A stretch of 63,144 nt of DNA, filler included, from 5 parts of 5 records of this genome joined end to end with filler, not necessarily neighbours in it, one strand, 5' to 3'. Counted from the whole stretch's first letter, positions 42,011 through 53,232 are shown. Notes: generated by a model from the letters alone, not told the origin. Numbers and translations are program-made.

Positions 42011-42781
42011 TTAATTGTTTGGCAGTCTCATCAAAGCTGCGCCGGCTTCATCCAACTCTTTTGCCAGAGATATCAATTTAACATTCAACTGATACTGTTT
42101 TTGGATCTCAACATTATTAATTAATTCATCGAAAACTTTAACGTTGCTTGTCTCAAGATAACCTTGTTTTAAGAGGACATTCTGGTCAGGGTTAAATTCC
42201 TCTCGAACAAAGTCACCTTTTGGCCGGATTGTTCCATCAACATCCTTAGTGAGCTCAAGGTCCTGGCCAGACGTCATCGCAATTTGATTTACCAGCAATC
42301 GTGTGCCTTCAGCAGCACCAACCGGTTGAATAAAAATTTGACCATTTTCACTGACAGACATCGCTTTAAACGGAGGCATCACAATTGGTGTTAGGCTTGT
42401 GTCCAAGACAGCTTCGTCTGCTCCATTTCGCAACGTTCCATCTAGACCAAGGGTAAGATCGCCTCTTCTAGTCATTCCAAGCTGGCCAGTTTCCCCTTCA
42501 ATCATGAAATAACCATCACCAGTGATCGCGACATCTGTTTGTTCACCTGTTTGGCGTATTTCGCCCTGTGTTTCAGAGAACAGACCAGGCTCACTCCTTT
42601 TAGTAAAGACACGAGTGCTCAACGTACTATCTGACTCGAGAAATATCGATCCAAACCTACCGCCAATCTCATCACCACGAAAACCCGGCACCTGAGCATT
42701 TGAAAGATTCTGGGAACTCACATTTTGCCTGATACGCGCTGCATTTAGTGAATTCAACGCCGTATGAATTAATTTATCCAT
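42011..42781 (-). CDS. flgF: Proximal rod protein
   Basis: MDKLIHTA, NLSNAQVPGF, TRRGDL, LETSNV. Confidence 0.9.
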   Translation of the reverse strand: MDKLIHTALNSLNAARIRQNVSSQNLSNAQVPGFRGDEIGGRFGSIFLESDSTLSTRVFTKRSEPGLFSETQGEIRQTGEQTDVAITGDGYFMIEGETGQLGMTRRGDLTLGLDGTLRNGADEAVLDTSLTPIVMPPFKAMSVSENGQIFIQPVGAAEGTRLLVNQIAMTSGQDLELTKDVDGTIRPKGDFVREEFNPDQNVLLKQGYLETSNVKVFDELINNVEIQKQYQLNVKLISLAKELDEAGAALMRLPNN

Positions 42782-42827
42782 CTTGAAAAGATCCTATACA
42801 GATGATGAGCAGTTCTAAGCAGCAAGA

Positions 42828-45800
42828 TTACATACGGATATTAATGATCGTTTGCGTCAAAGTGGTTGTTGTTTCAATAGCTTTTGCAGATGCCTGAAAA
42901 TTTCTTTGCGCAGTAATCAAGTTCACTAGCTCTTCTGTAATATCCACATTTGAACGCTCTAACGAACCTGACAAGATATTACCATACCCCTCAGAACCAG
43001 CTTCACCAACCTGAGCTTCACCGGATACCGCAGTTTCGACATAAGTAGCGTTACCAATTTGCTTGAGGCCGTTCTGGTTATTAAAGTTAGCTAAAACAAT
43101 TTTTCCAAGAGGGTTGTTTTGGCCGTTTGTGTAGTTAGCTCTAATTGTACCCGACGCATCAATTTCAAGTCCATCAAGACGCCCAGATGTAAAACCATCT
43201 TGATCCACATTTAGAACAGAGAACGGTTGGGCAAACTGCGTTGATTGACCAAAATCAATATCAAGCGCGATCGAAAAGCCTTCTTCCTGTCGTTCGTAAT
43301 GAACCAGATTTTTAGGGCTGACAATACGACCACCATTATCAAATGTAAGTTCGCCTTCATCAATATAAAGAGGATAATAGCCCTCAACCAAATTTACAGG
43401 CGGGGTTGTTACCACATTGCCAGTGGCATCAACATAAAGTGCAACGCCATCTGCGTTGGTGGCTTGCACAAGATTATAAATTTGCGGCACCGTTCCCACA
43501 CCGAGAGCTACATCATCAAGCCCAAACCTTGCCGCACCCTTCACTTTAATCGTTGAAGTGTTTCCAGTGGTGCCTGTTGTAAAAGTAAAGTTATTTGACG
43601 AAGAGTCATATTTTACTGTTACACCGCCAACTGTATCACCTGTGACCGGATCTTGAATTTGATTGATACGACTTTGCAAGGCTTCAGCCAGAGTGGTGCC
43701 AACGTAAAACCCTGTTGGAATCTCAATTACACCGCTAATTCCATTTACAGAAACATTGAAGGTATTCTCACCAGCTGTGTTACTCAAACGAAATACACTG
43801 GTAAGGTCCTCGTTAGCTGCATCTCCAACGGAAACTGCTGGCGATGATGCCAGACCTCGGCCTGCACTTAAAATCACATCATTTTTTGAATTTCCTACCG
43901 ACATGAGGTGATTGTCACCACCAAAATGCTCTGTTGTGTCAATTACTGATCCATCCGCAGTTGACAGCAAATATCTGCCTACCTCAATTGAGGACGCTTT
44001 TTGTTGAGCTGTTACACCTAGTGCCCCATTTGCTTCAATTAACTCACCAGTGGAGCCGCTGCTAAATGTGAAATTTGATGTATCACTATTGTAATTTACA
44101 GTCACCCCGTAGCGCTTATCGTTGAGCTGGATCTCTTCACCATCAGCAACAAATGGCTCTGTTCGAAGGACTTCACCACCACGAATTAGAACAGTCGAAG
44201 CATCATCCTGGGTTGGAACTCCAAGGTTGTTTGTCGCCTCTGCACTTGTTGATCCAAAGATTGAAAACGAGTTGAAGTTACTCTCTGTTCCAGTACCCAG
44301 CACTGTTCGGTCAACAGTAAATTCGAGCTGTTGTGTATTTTCATTATAATTAACTTTTATTGCCGGTGCTTTTTCATCAACCCAATCAGTTGTTGTTACG
44401 GTGTCTGAGACACCAGCAGATGTTTGCAAACCAAGAACATCCAGAGATCCAAGTGAAGCGGCACCAACTGGTTGGGTTATCGTAAACTGTCCGCCCGCAA
44501 CCTGTATTATTCCACCCGCCGAAGTTACGGTTAAGGTAACGTCATCAGCGGGTGACGCACCTCCTGTTAATGATGTTCCAGCTATCGTTATGGTATCACC
44601 AACTTTGTATCCTGTTCCCTGTGTGGTCACGGTTACAGATGTTAAACCATTTCCTCCAGCGTTGCTTACAACTGTAAACTGAGCACCAGACCCAGACCCA
44701 GAAGTGGCTGACTGCACGAGCCCGGTATCTGTTGAATTGGCAGTGACACCAAATCCACTACCAACTGAAGTCGACGTCAACAGACCAAGATTACTAATTT
44801 GCGTATCTGTATAAGCATGCTTGTTGGAGTCACCAATTTCACGGATAACAATTTTTTGGCTGCTAAAATTAACCTCTGCACCTTCATAAACATTTGATGC
44901 GCCCTCGAAAAATGCTTCTAATTTCTCAGACTGATTGCTCATCACAAAGATATCTGCTTCGGTCAAGGTAAAACCGTCGTCAGGGAAGGAAAGCCCTGTT
45001 GTATTGATTGTAACAGTTTTATTATTTGCATCTGTAGTTGTGTCCACGTTTGTGACAGTAAATTCGCGTCCATTGATATGTGACGCCGCAGTTTGATCAG
45101 CGATTTGAAACTCTCCGCCGATCCGAATTTTCCCATTGTTAGTAATCGGTGGGGAGGTCGTGCCAAAATTTATCGTCATGGTGTTTTGCGTAGCATCAAA
45201 CTTTACCGTGAAAGATGGATTAGATGTGCTAGCGTTAACTTGAGTTTTATTATCATAGACACTCAAGCTAGGTGTCTTACCCTGATATGAGTAGACCATA
45301 TACTTGTCACTAGCAGTTGTGGTTCCAACTGATGGCGTAGCAGCAGTTGACGTAACATGCTTCAGATTGACAATTTGCGTTTCAGTCAAGATCGCATCCA
45401 TTTTGGTGCCAGCTGATCGAGCAAACATTTGATTCGTAACACCAAGAGCACTGGCGCCAGTTGAGGTGCCAGCATAAGTGTTTAGTGCAGAATTTACCCT
45501 TGCTTGGGAGTGTGCCAAAAACTGGTCTCTTGTAAAATCGGGAGACGCTCCAGTCAGGTCTATTGCCTCAACGTCTGAAACATAACTGGCTGAGAGCAAG
45601 TCTACATTGACTGCCGTTGTTAATCCTGTAGATGATCCGTCCGCATTAAGCTTAAAAAGGTTGATGTTCAGCGCATCGTCAACGTTCTGAACAATTTGAA
45701 CCTTACTGTCGTCTCCATACGCCTCATTAATTGCACGCTCAACTTCAGCTGCAAGTTGCGTCGCGTTGTAACTACCCGGACGAAGGTCAATGTTCACTGG

Positions 45801-46868
45801 TTGGTCACCATTGTCCACATTTACCGTGAGAAAATTCTTTCCCCAATAAACACGACTGTCTGCATCCCCACTCTCACGGGTTGAATTAAATTGAATTGGG
45901 TCAGTAACAATCTGAACCAAACGGTCACCTTCTTCACCAAAATCAAATTCGGTAACTTCACCCGTTAATTTTGCGGGCTGCGAGTCCACAAGTGTTTGTA
46001 AAGCATCTTTTTTGTAGAGGGCAGAACCTTTACCTTCAATAAAATAGTTGTCATCCGGAACATCTGTTGTTTGCATTCCAAATCTATCAATGAAGATCTG
46101 ATTCCCAGCATCATCAACCGATGAAACCAAATCCGGATCAATGACTGTGTCATTGATCACCAGGCGCGTATCATATTTGTTTGTTGGGTCCTCTGCAGAC
46201 GCTGACTGGGTTTTAATAAAATACATAGTCGCGATTGTTGGGTTACCCAAATCATCAAAGATTGTGATTGAGGTAGAGTTGGTGAATGTATTTGGGTCGG
46301 ACGGATTAAAAGTATACCCATCCGCAAACGCAGGTCGGTCTGTCACCACATCAGCTGCAGCAGGCACGTTTACACCCAATGAAATGTTACTTGTCGCTTG
46401 TGGGTCGCCAGAAGTGACTGGTAGCTGCAATGGAAGGGCGGAGTCGAGATCCTTTGCTGTGACTGAACCGTCATCGTTCACTGGATAAACCAAGAGATAC
46501 TGACCGGCAGAATCAACAACATAACGATCGTTATCAACATTCAGCGAACCGTTACGTGTGTATACTTTTTGTGCTGATGTAAGTGACGGCTTGAGTGTAA
46601 AAAAACCCTGACCAGAGATTGCAAGATCAAGAGCGTTCAACGACGAAGAAATGTTACCCTGCGTGAACTGCTGTTTAATGCCCTTCAGAATTGCACCTGA
46701 ACCAATCGAAGACGATGCGTTCTGCAAAGGTGACGTTGCAAAAATATCGCCGAATTCAGCTCGGCTACGTTTAAAGCCCGTTGTTCCAACGTTAGCAATA
46801 TTATTTGAAGTGGCAGAGATATCTGCACTTGAACCATTCAAACCAGTCAATGCGGTATAAAAAGACAT
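42828..46868 (-). CDS. flgE: Hook protein, enlarged (1346 aa)
   Basis: SNNIANVGTTGFKRSR, YTRNG, LERSNVDITEELVNLITAQRNFQA. Confidence 0.94.
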   Translation of the reverse strand: MSFYTALTGLNGSSADISATSNNIANVGTTGFKRSRAEFGDIFATSPLQNASSSIGSGAILKGIKQQFTQGNISSSLNALDLAISGQGFFTLKPSLTSAQKVYTRNGSLNVDNDRYVVDSAGQYLLVYPVNDDGSVTAKDLDSALPLQLPVTSGDPQATSNISLGVNVPAAADVVTDRPAFADGYTFNPSDPNTFTNSTSITIFDDLGNPTIATMYFIKTQSASAEDPTNKYDTRLVINDTVIDPDLVSSVDDAGNQIFIDRFGMQTTDVPDDNYFIEGKGSALYKKDALQTLVDSQPAKLTGEVTEFDFGEEGDRLVQIVTDPIQFNSTRESGDADSRVYWGKNFLTVNVDNGDQPVNIDLRPGSYNATQLAAEVERAINEAYGDDSKVQIVQNVDDALNINLFKLNADGSSTGLTTAVNVDLLSASYVSDVEAIDLTGASPDFTRDQFLAHSQARVNSALNTYAGTSTGASALGVTNQMFARSAGTKMDAILTETQIVNLKHVTSTAATPSVGTTTASDKYMVYSYQGKTPSLSVYDNKTQVNASTSNPSFTVKFDATQNTMTINFGTTSPPITNNGKIRIGGEFQIADQTAASHINGREFTVTNVDTTTDANNKTVTINTTGLSFPDDGFTLTEADIFVMSNQSEKLEAFFEGASNVYEGAEVNFSSQKIVIREIGDSNKHAYTDTQISNLGLLTSTSVGSGFGVTANSTDTGLVQSATSGSGSGAQFTVVSNAGGNGLTSVTVTTQGTGYKVGDTITIAGTSLTGGASPADDVTLTVTSAGGIIQVAGGQFTITQPVGAASLGSLDVLGLQTSAGVSDTVTTTDWVDEKAPAIKVNYNENTQQLEFTVDRTVLGTGTESNFNSFSIFGSTSAEATNNLGVPTQDDASTVLIRGGEVLRTEPFVADGEEIQLNDKRYGVTVNYNSDTSNFTFSSGSTGELIEANGALGVTAQQKASSIEVGRYLLSTADGSVIDTTEHFGGDNHLMSVGNSKNDVILSAGRGLASSPAVSVGDAANEDLTSVFRLSNTAGENTFNVSVNGISGVIEIPTGFYVGTTLAEALQSRINQIQDPVTGDTVGGVTVKYDSSSNNFTFTTGTTGNTSTIKVKGAARFGLDDVALGVGTVPQIYNLVQATNADGVALYVDATGNVVTTPPVNLVEGYYPLYIDEGELTFDNGGRIVSPKNLVHYERQEEGFSIALDIDFGQSTQFAQPFSVLNVDQDGFTSGRLDGLEIDASGTIRANYTNGQNNPLGKIVLANFNNQNGLKQIGNATYVETAVSGEAQVGEAGSEGYGNILSGSLERSNVDITEELVNLITAQRNFQASAKAIETTTTLTQTIINIRM

Positions 46869-46929
46869 TTAAGTTAACTCCTGATGGACATCGTATTTCT
46901 TAAAACCAGATCTAATAATTCGAGCAAGG

Positions 46930-47616
46930 TTACTTTTTGAAAGTTTGAACCTCGTTCGCACTTACGTCGCCATAACCGCGAACGTCATATACAACACCAT
47001 CGGAACTGTTACCCGCTGTTGCTGCAAGAACCTCCCCAAAGACAGATGATCCAACTGATTTCATACCTGTTCCAGTGTCAGCGAATGCTTCCACCGTAAT
47101 GTATTCATTATTATCGAGAACATTCTGAGGGATGTTTTCCCAACGGAAACCCAAAAGGCCGGCCTGTTGTGGCCCTAATTCTTCAGTATGAAGAATGTCG
47201 CCGTTCATCGATTTATAAAGAACACTTGTGCTGGTCGACGTGGACGGGATGTCCAGTGCCCCAGATACAACACCTTCCGCATCAGGGAATGCCTTGTTGC
47301 CAGAAACCAGAACTGAGTGACCCAGCATGTTGGCCGCAGTTGCAATCCGAAATTCCGATAGCTGACCAGAAATAGCCTTAATGCTCTCATTCATCTCGGT
47401 TTGGCCAGTCACCATCGAGAATTGCGCCATCTGAGCAATCATTTCGGTATTATCGGTAGGCTTGAACGGGTCTTGATTTTGCAACTGTGTCGTCATCAGC
47501 TTGAGGAAATCATCCTGACCAAGCGTATCAGACGACTTATTAGCCTCCTTAGGCTGGTTGATACCCAGCTTGTCAAGAATTGAATTCAACGAATTATTAT
47601 TATCAACGGAACTCAT
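46930..47616 (-). CDS. flgD: Hook capping protein
   Basis: DFLKLMTTQLQNQDP...AQMAQFS. Confidence 0.95.
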   Translation of the reverse strand: MSSVDNNNSLNSILDKLGINQPKEANKSSDTLGQDDFLKLMTTQLQNQDPFKPTDNTEMIAQMAQFSMVTGQTEMNESIKAISGQLSEFRIATAANMLGHSVLVSGNKAFPDAEGVVSGALDIPSTSTSTSVLYKSMNGDILHTEELGPQQAGLLGFRWENIPQNVLDNNEYITVEAFADTGTGMKSVGSSVFGEVLAATAGNSSDGVVYDVRGYGDVSANEVQTFKK

Positions 47617-47638
47617 TACTCAGTCTCCCAACTATCCC

Positions 47639-48058
47639 TTATTTGCCCATATTGATGGTTCGCATCATCAAGCCTCGTAGAGTAGAAATTACTTCGACAT
47701 TATTTTGGTACTGACGGTTTGCTTCAACCATCTCAATCATCTCTTCATTTTCATCAACTGCTGCGCGATAGACATATCCATCTGCGTCAGAAGATGGGTG
47801 ATTTGGCATAAAAACCCGCTCTGGATCTCGCGTGATGGCTTTAATTCCAACGACATCAACCGTTGACACACCATCACTCTCGATGGCATTCGAAAACTTC
47901 GTTGCAAATACAGGCTTTAACGATCTGTAAGCTTCTTCTTTGGACCCGGAAATAGTGCCCGCATTGGCAAGGTTACTCGCAACTGTGTTCAATCGAATCA
48001 ATTGAGAGGCCATTGCACGACCGGAAATATCAAAAATGTTTTTGACTTCAGACATCAT
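47639..48058 (-). CDS. flgC: Proximal rod protein
   Basis: LNTVASNLANA, PNHPSSDADGYV, RQYQNN. Confidence 0.95.
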   Translation of the reverse strand: MMSEVKNIFDISGRAMASQLIRLNTVASNLANAGTISGSKEEAYRSLKPVFATKFSNAIESDGVSTVDVVGIKAITRDPERVFMPNHPSSDADGYVYRAAVDENEEMIEMVEANRQYQNNVEVISTLRGLMMRTINMGK

Positions 48059-48444
48059 TCACCTCTAATCGCACTCATCAAACCTGTTATTCGGCTGTTT
48101 AGAAAATTAAGCGTTGTTTGATAACGCATAGTATTCTCAGAAAATTCCATTTGCTCGACAGCTAGCTCAACTGTGTTACCATCCATTGATGGATTAATTG
48201 GATCACGAAATAATATTTTGTCGCGTCCGACGTTGATTGCTGTGGCAAGGTGCCTACTGTGGGTTACTTCTAACGGACCGATGCTTGGAGCATGCTTTTT
48301 TATTTGATCATCAAAGCTCAAGTCTCGAGCTTTGAAGTTGGGGGTTGCCGCATTTGCAATGTTAGATGCCAAGATCTCATTGCGGCGTGACCTCAACATC
48401 AAAGCCTGAGCATGGAAATCTAAATGTGACGCAATCTTATTCAT
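48055..48444 (-). CDS. flgB: Proximal rod protein
   Basis: ASNIANAATPNFKARD, DGNTVE. Confidence 0.95.
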   Translation of the reverse strand: MNKIASHLDFHAQALMLRSRRNEILASNIANAATPNFKARDLSFDDQIKKHAPSIGPLEVTHSRHLATAINVGRDKILFRDPINPSMDGNTVELAVEQMEFSENTMRYQTTLNFLNSRITGLMSAIRGE

Positions 48445-48496
48445 TTACCGGGTCAGTCCAAAATAACTAGAGTTTCTCAACCAAAAACAGTCAATC

Positions 48497-48513
48497 TTGG
48501 TGTGGAAATTGCA
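48497..48513 (+). promoter_or_regulatory. Possible sigma54 promoter for the divergent ORF
   Basis: TTGGTGTGGAAATTGCA: GG-N10-GC with a weaker -24 box. Confidence 0.45.
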
Positions 48514-48526
48514 AATAGAATGCCAA
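48510..48526 (-). promoter_or_regulatory. Sigma54 promoter of the flgB operon
   Basis: TTGGCATTCTATTTGCA: GG-N10-GC. Confidence 0.85.
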
Positions 48527-48546
48527 AATAGCAAAAGGGCAAAAAT

Positions 48547-49114
48547 ATGAGCAACGCAATGATTGAAGCCAGAGCTGACATGTCATCACCTATCAAACTG
48601 GATCCGGAAACAATCAAGATCAGGGATGCCTTAATTGAAAAATTTTCTGATAAGTCAATCGAAGATCTAAATACCTTTATTGATGATGCTCTAATTGTTG
48701 AAAGAGACGAGTTCAAGCGGCTTGGTCTATTAGCAGCTCGTGTCCATATTTTAAGGCAACGCGTATTAGCACTAAAAGCCTTCAACCGCGATGATACAAT
48801 AAAAGAACTTCCACGCGCGCACCTCACACTGCCTGATGTTAGCTTGCTGGACCTTAATACTACCGTTGAAGACGACCACTTTGATGAAAATGATACAGTT
48901 ACTGACTGGCGCTCTCTCAAGATGATTGAACCAGGAGAGGTGAATGGTGTTCGTTTTTTTAAAGGAACAATGATTAACGCAAGCGCAGAAGATGCAGATA
49001 GATTGATATCGTCGGGAAAGGCAATTGTTGTCGATAATGAGGGAAACCCAGTTGACACAAATGACCCAACTACAGATGAAATAGCGGAAACTGAGGTGAC
49101 GGAAACTGAGGTGA
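48547..49114 (+). CDS. Hypothetical protein divergent from flgB (truncated in an ETEVT repeat)
   Basis: Open frame of 189 codons up to the contig end; 15-bp repeat CGGAAACTGAGGTGA. Confidence 0.75.
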
Positions 49115-49214
49115 NNNNNNNNNNNNNNNNNNNNNNNNNNNNNNNNNNNNNNNNNNNNTTAATTAATTAANNNNNNNNNNNNNNNNNNNNNNNNNNNNNN
49201 NNNNNNNNNNNNNN
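49115..49214. other. Artificial contig spacer
   Basis: N run with TTAATTAATTAA. Confidence 0.98.
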
Positions 49215-49215
49215 A

Positions 49216-49920
<705 letters not shown>

Positions 49921-50037
49921 CTAAACAATCTTGTTTACTTAAAAGTTTCATAATAATCACAAAAAAAACTTTTTTTTATTTGTATATAGGTTTAATATAA
50001 ATTTTTTAAACAATTGTTCATCTAAAAGAGGTATTCA

Positions 50038-53000
50038 ATGAATAAATTCAGCAAACTAACCCTTTTCACTTTTATAATCTGCTCATCGCTTATACTAAGC
50101 GCTGATACGACATCTAATATTAGAGGTAAGGTAGTAAACTCATCAGGCGATCCAGTATCCAATGCAGACATTGTATTAACTTACGGTCCAACAAATACAA
50201 CTCAATCTGCTTCGTCTAATTCTGACGGAACATTTGCAATGTTAAATTTGCAACTTGGTGGTCCATATATGATATCAGCTGATGCAGGAAGCGTATCAGG
50301 ATCTTTAGAAGATTTATATTTAGTTCTTGGTAAAGATTCAAAGGTAACCATTACCGTTAGTGCTTCATCAGAAATGGATGAGCTTGTTGTTGTTGGAGCT
50401 AGTTTAAGCTCTGCTAGCTTACTTGCTACTGGTCCTTCAGTCTTTTATGGTTTAGAGGCTCTTGAGGATGCTGCTGCTGCAGAAAGAGATCTTAAAGATT
50501 TACTTGCAACGCATCCAAGACTTTCACTTGATGAGGGTTATGCGAGAGGTATCCAGTGTAATGGTTCTAGTCCTAGAATGAACAGTTTGACAGTAGATGG
50601 AATCGCTTTAAATGACGGTTTTGGTCTAAATGATAATGGCTATCCAGCAAATAGAATGCCTTTTTCATACGATGCAATCAAGCAAGTCTCTGCTGAATTT
50701 GCACCATTTGATGTTCAATACGGTGGCTTTTCTGCATGTGTTGTGAATGCAATAACAAAATCAGGTTCAAATGAATTTAAAGGTAATTTTTTCTATGAAT
50801 TTACCAATGATGACCTGATCTCTGACAAAGTTGATGGAAATAAAATAAATAATACTGCTTTTGATGAAGACAAATATGGTTTCACATTAGGTGGCCCAAT
50901 TATTCAAGATAAACTGTATTTCTTTACAGCATATGAGTATTACAATGATCAAGATACAGTAGATTTTGGTCCTGTTGGGTCAGGTGCACCAACAGAGATG
51001 CATTGGTTAACTCAAGAGACTCTAGACCTAGTTATTAGCACAATGAAAGACAAATATGGATTTGATCCTGGAGGAATACCCTCAGCTATTGATAGTTTTA
51101 GTGAAAAATTACTGGTTAAATTTGATTACTATCTTAGTGATATTACAAGAGCAACATTCACTTATAACTATAGTGAAGGTTTTAGAAATAATTATTCCGA
51201 TACTTTTTATACTCAGCTTGAATTAAGCAATCACGGTTATGAAAATGGTAATACACTCGATGCATATATGTTTAATCTTTATTCAAAAATCGGTGATATA
51301 AATACTGAGGTTAGAGTTGGATATAGGGAGTTAGATAATAGACAAGAAGGTATTGGTGGACCATTTGGAGAATTTGATATTGAAAATATCACAGGTGGTG
51401 GTGATATTATGGTTGGAGGTACTGATGACTCTCGTCAGGCAAACGCTTTAAATTATGATAACTTTACAATGGCTTTTGTTGGCGATTTTGTATTAGGTGA
51501 TCAACTTATCTCATTTGGTTATGAATATGAAGAACAAAGTACTTTTAATATGTTTGTTCAGCATTCACTTGGCGGCGAGTGGGATTTCTATACATTTGAT
51601 AACTTCTTAAATGGAATAGTCGATAGAGTATATTATGGTAACAATCCTTCACTTAATCCTGCGGATGCTGGAGCAACATGGGAGTATGATATTACAACTA
51701 TATTTGCTCAAAGTGAGTGGACAGTATCTGATAAATTAGATATTACATATGGTCTTAGGTATGAAAAGTATGGTGTTGATGGTGCTCCATTAGAAAATCC
51801 AGCTTTTACAGCTGCATATGGCAGACCAAATACTCACACCCACGATGGTGAGACAATATTAATGCCTAGACTATCATTTAGCTATGATTTAAATGATTCC
51901 ACTGAAATTTATGGTGGTATTGGAACATTCTCTGGTGGTAATCCTAATGTCTGGTATTCAAATATTTGGTCAAATGATGGTGTTTCTAATATTCAGTTAG
52001 ATTTAAGAAATGTAGATATGTTTGCTACTCCTATGTGTGATGGAAGAACAGGACAGCCAACAACACAAGGTCCTGGTTATGGTGTGCCATGTTCATTAGT
52101 CAATGATGTTATGAATGGCTCTACTGCTGGTGGTACCAATTCTATTGATCCTAATTTTAAAATACCTTCTGTAACTAAATCAGCAATTGGTGTTATTAAA
52201 ACATTTGATATAGGAGCTCCTGGCTTTATTTATATAAGTGATGTTGTTCTTACAGCTGATTATATAAAAGCTACAGCTGATGATTCAGCACAAATCAGAA
52301 GCATTGGCAGTACTTATACTGGTTCCACTGACTTTGCTGGACTGCCTATTTATAATGATAATGGTAGACAAGATTTTGAATTAGGAAATTCTTTATTAGA
52401 TGGTAAAAGTGATTCTTATTCAGTTTCTTTAAGTAAACAATTTGAAAATGTATATTTAACATTAGGATATGCAGCAATTGATACAACTGAAGTATCACCC
52501 ATGACCTCTGCAGTTGCTTATAGTAACTTCACAAACATTGCCTCAAATGATCCTAACAATCCACCATTAGCTCAATCAAACTATAATATACCTAAGAGAT
52601 TTACAGGAACCTTAAGATGGACTCCTGATGTTTTTGCAGGATTAAGAACAAAAGTGTCCTTATATTGGACTCATCAAAAAGGAAGACCTTATTCATACTC
52701 TATGGATAACTTCACTCATGGCTTGAACCCTTCCTTTAATGATTTTTATCTTTTATATGTACCAGAGTCTGCTACTGATTCAAACGTAGCTTTTAGTAGC
52801 TCATTTCCTGTTGATGAATTTTTTGCATGGGCTGATGCTAAAGGCCTAGAAAGAGGCTCCTTTGTTTCAAGAAATAGCCAAGACAGTTCATGGTTTAGCA
52901 AGTTAGATCTTAAAATATCTCAAGAACTACCTGCTTTTCGTGATGGTGATTATCTTGAATTATATGCTGTTGTTAGAAACCTAACTAATCTTCTTGATGA

Positions 53001-53175
53001 TAAAAAAGGAGTGTTTAAAGAAGCTTCTTTCCCAAGAAGACAGAATGTTGTAAGGGCTGTATATAACGATGACGGTAAATACGAATATTCTCGTTTTTAT
53101 GGTTCAGATGACTCAACATTGGTTAACAGACCTTCACAATATCTAATCAAAATTGGTTTTGACTATAAGTTTTAA
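50038..53175 (+). CDS. TonB-dependent receptor with N-terminal carboxypeptidase-regulatory-like domain (Oar-like)
   Basis: Signal peptide, VNAITKSGSNEFKG plug end, GFTLGGPIIQDKLYFF, C-terminal YKF. Confidence 0.92.
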   Translation: MNKFSKLTLFTFIICSSLILSADTTSNIRGKVVNSSGDPVSNADIVLTYGPTNTTQSASSNSDGTFAMLNLQLGGPYMISADAGSVSGSLEDLYLVLGKDSKVTITVSASSEMDELVVVGASLSSASLLATGPSVFYGLEALEDAAAAERDLKDLLATHPRLSLDEGYARGIQCNGSSPRMNSLTVDGIALNDGFGLNDNGYPANRMPFSYDAIKQVSAEFAPFDVQYGGFSACVVNAITKSGSNEFKGNFFYEFTNDDLISDKVDGNKINNTAFDEDKYGFTLGGPIIQDKLYFFTAYEYYNDQDTVDFGPVGSGAPTEMHWLTQETLDLVISTMKDKYGFDPGGIPSAIDSFSEKLLVKFDYYLSDITRATFTYNYSEGFRNNYSDTFYTQLELSNHGYENGNTLDAYMFNLYSKIGDINTEVRVGYRELDNRQEGIGGPFGEFDIENITGGGDIMVGGTDDSRQANALNYDNFTMAFVGDFVLGDQLISFGYEYEEQSTFNMFVQHSLGGEWDFYTFDNFLNGIVDRVYYGNNPSLNPADAGATWEYDITTIFAQSEWTVSDKLDITYGLRYEKYGVDGAPLENPAFTAAYGRPNTHTHDGETILMPRLSFSYDLNDSTEIYGGIGTFSGGNPNVWYSNIWSNDGVSNIQLDLRNVDMFATPMCDGRTGQPTTQGPGYGVPCSLVNDVMNGSTAGGTNSIDPNFKIPSVTKSAIGVIKTFDIGAPGFIYISDVVLTADYIKATADDSAQIRSIGSTYTGSTDFAGLPIYNDNGRQDFELGNSLLDGKSDSYSVSLSKQFENVYLTLGYAAIDTTEVSPMTSAVAYSNFTNIASNDPNNPPLAQSNYNIPKRFTGTLRWTPDVFAGLRTKVSLYWTHQKGRPYSYSMDNFTHGLNPSFNDFYLLYVPESATDSNVAFSSSFPVDEFFAWADAKGLERGSFVSRNSQDSSWFSKLDLKISQELPAFRDGDYLELYAVVRNLTNLLDDKKGVFKEASFPRRQNVVRAVYNDDGKYEYSRFYGSDDSTLVNRPSQYLIKIGFDYKF

Positions 53176-53193
53176 GACCTAATTTTTTTATTT

Positions 53194-53224
53194 AAAAAAG
53201 GCAGATATATCTGCCTTTTTTTTT
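53194..53224 (+). terminator. Intrinsic terminator
   Basis: AAAAAAGGCAGAT-at-ATCTGCCTTTTTT plus T-run. Confidence 0.85.
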
Positions 53225-53232
53225 GTTAATAT

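Noticed and set aside
48477-49058. 193-aa minus-strand ORF
   Set aside because: Antisense to the more protein-like plus-strand ORF and runs through the sigma54 promoter region.
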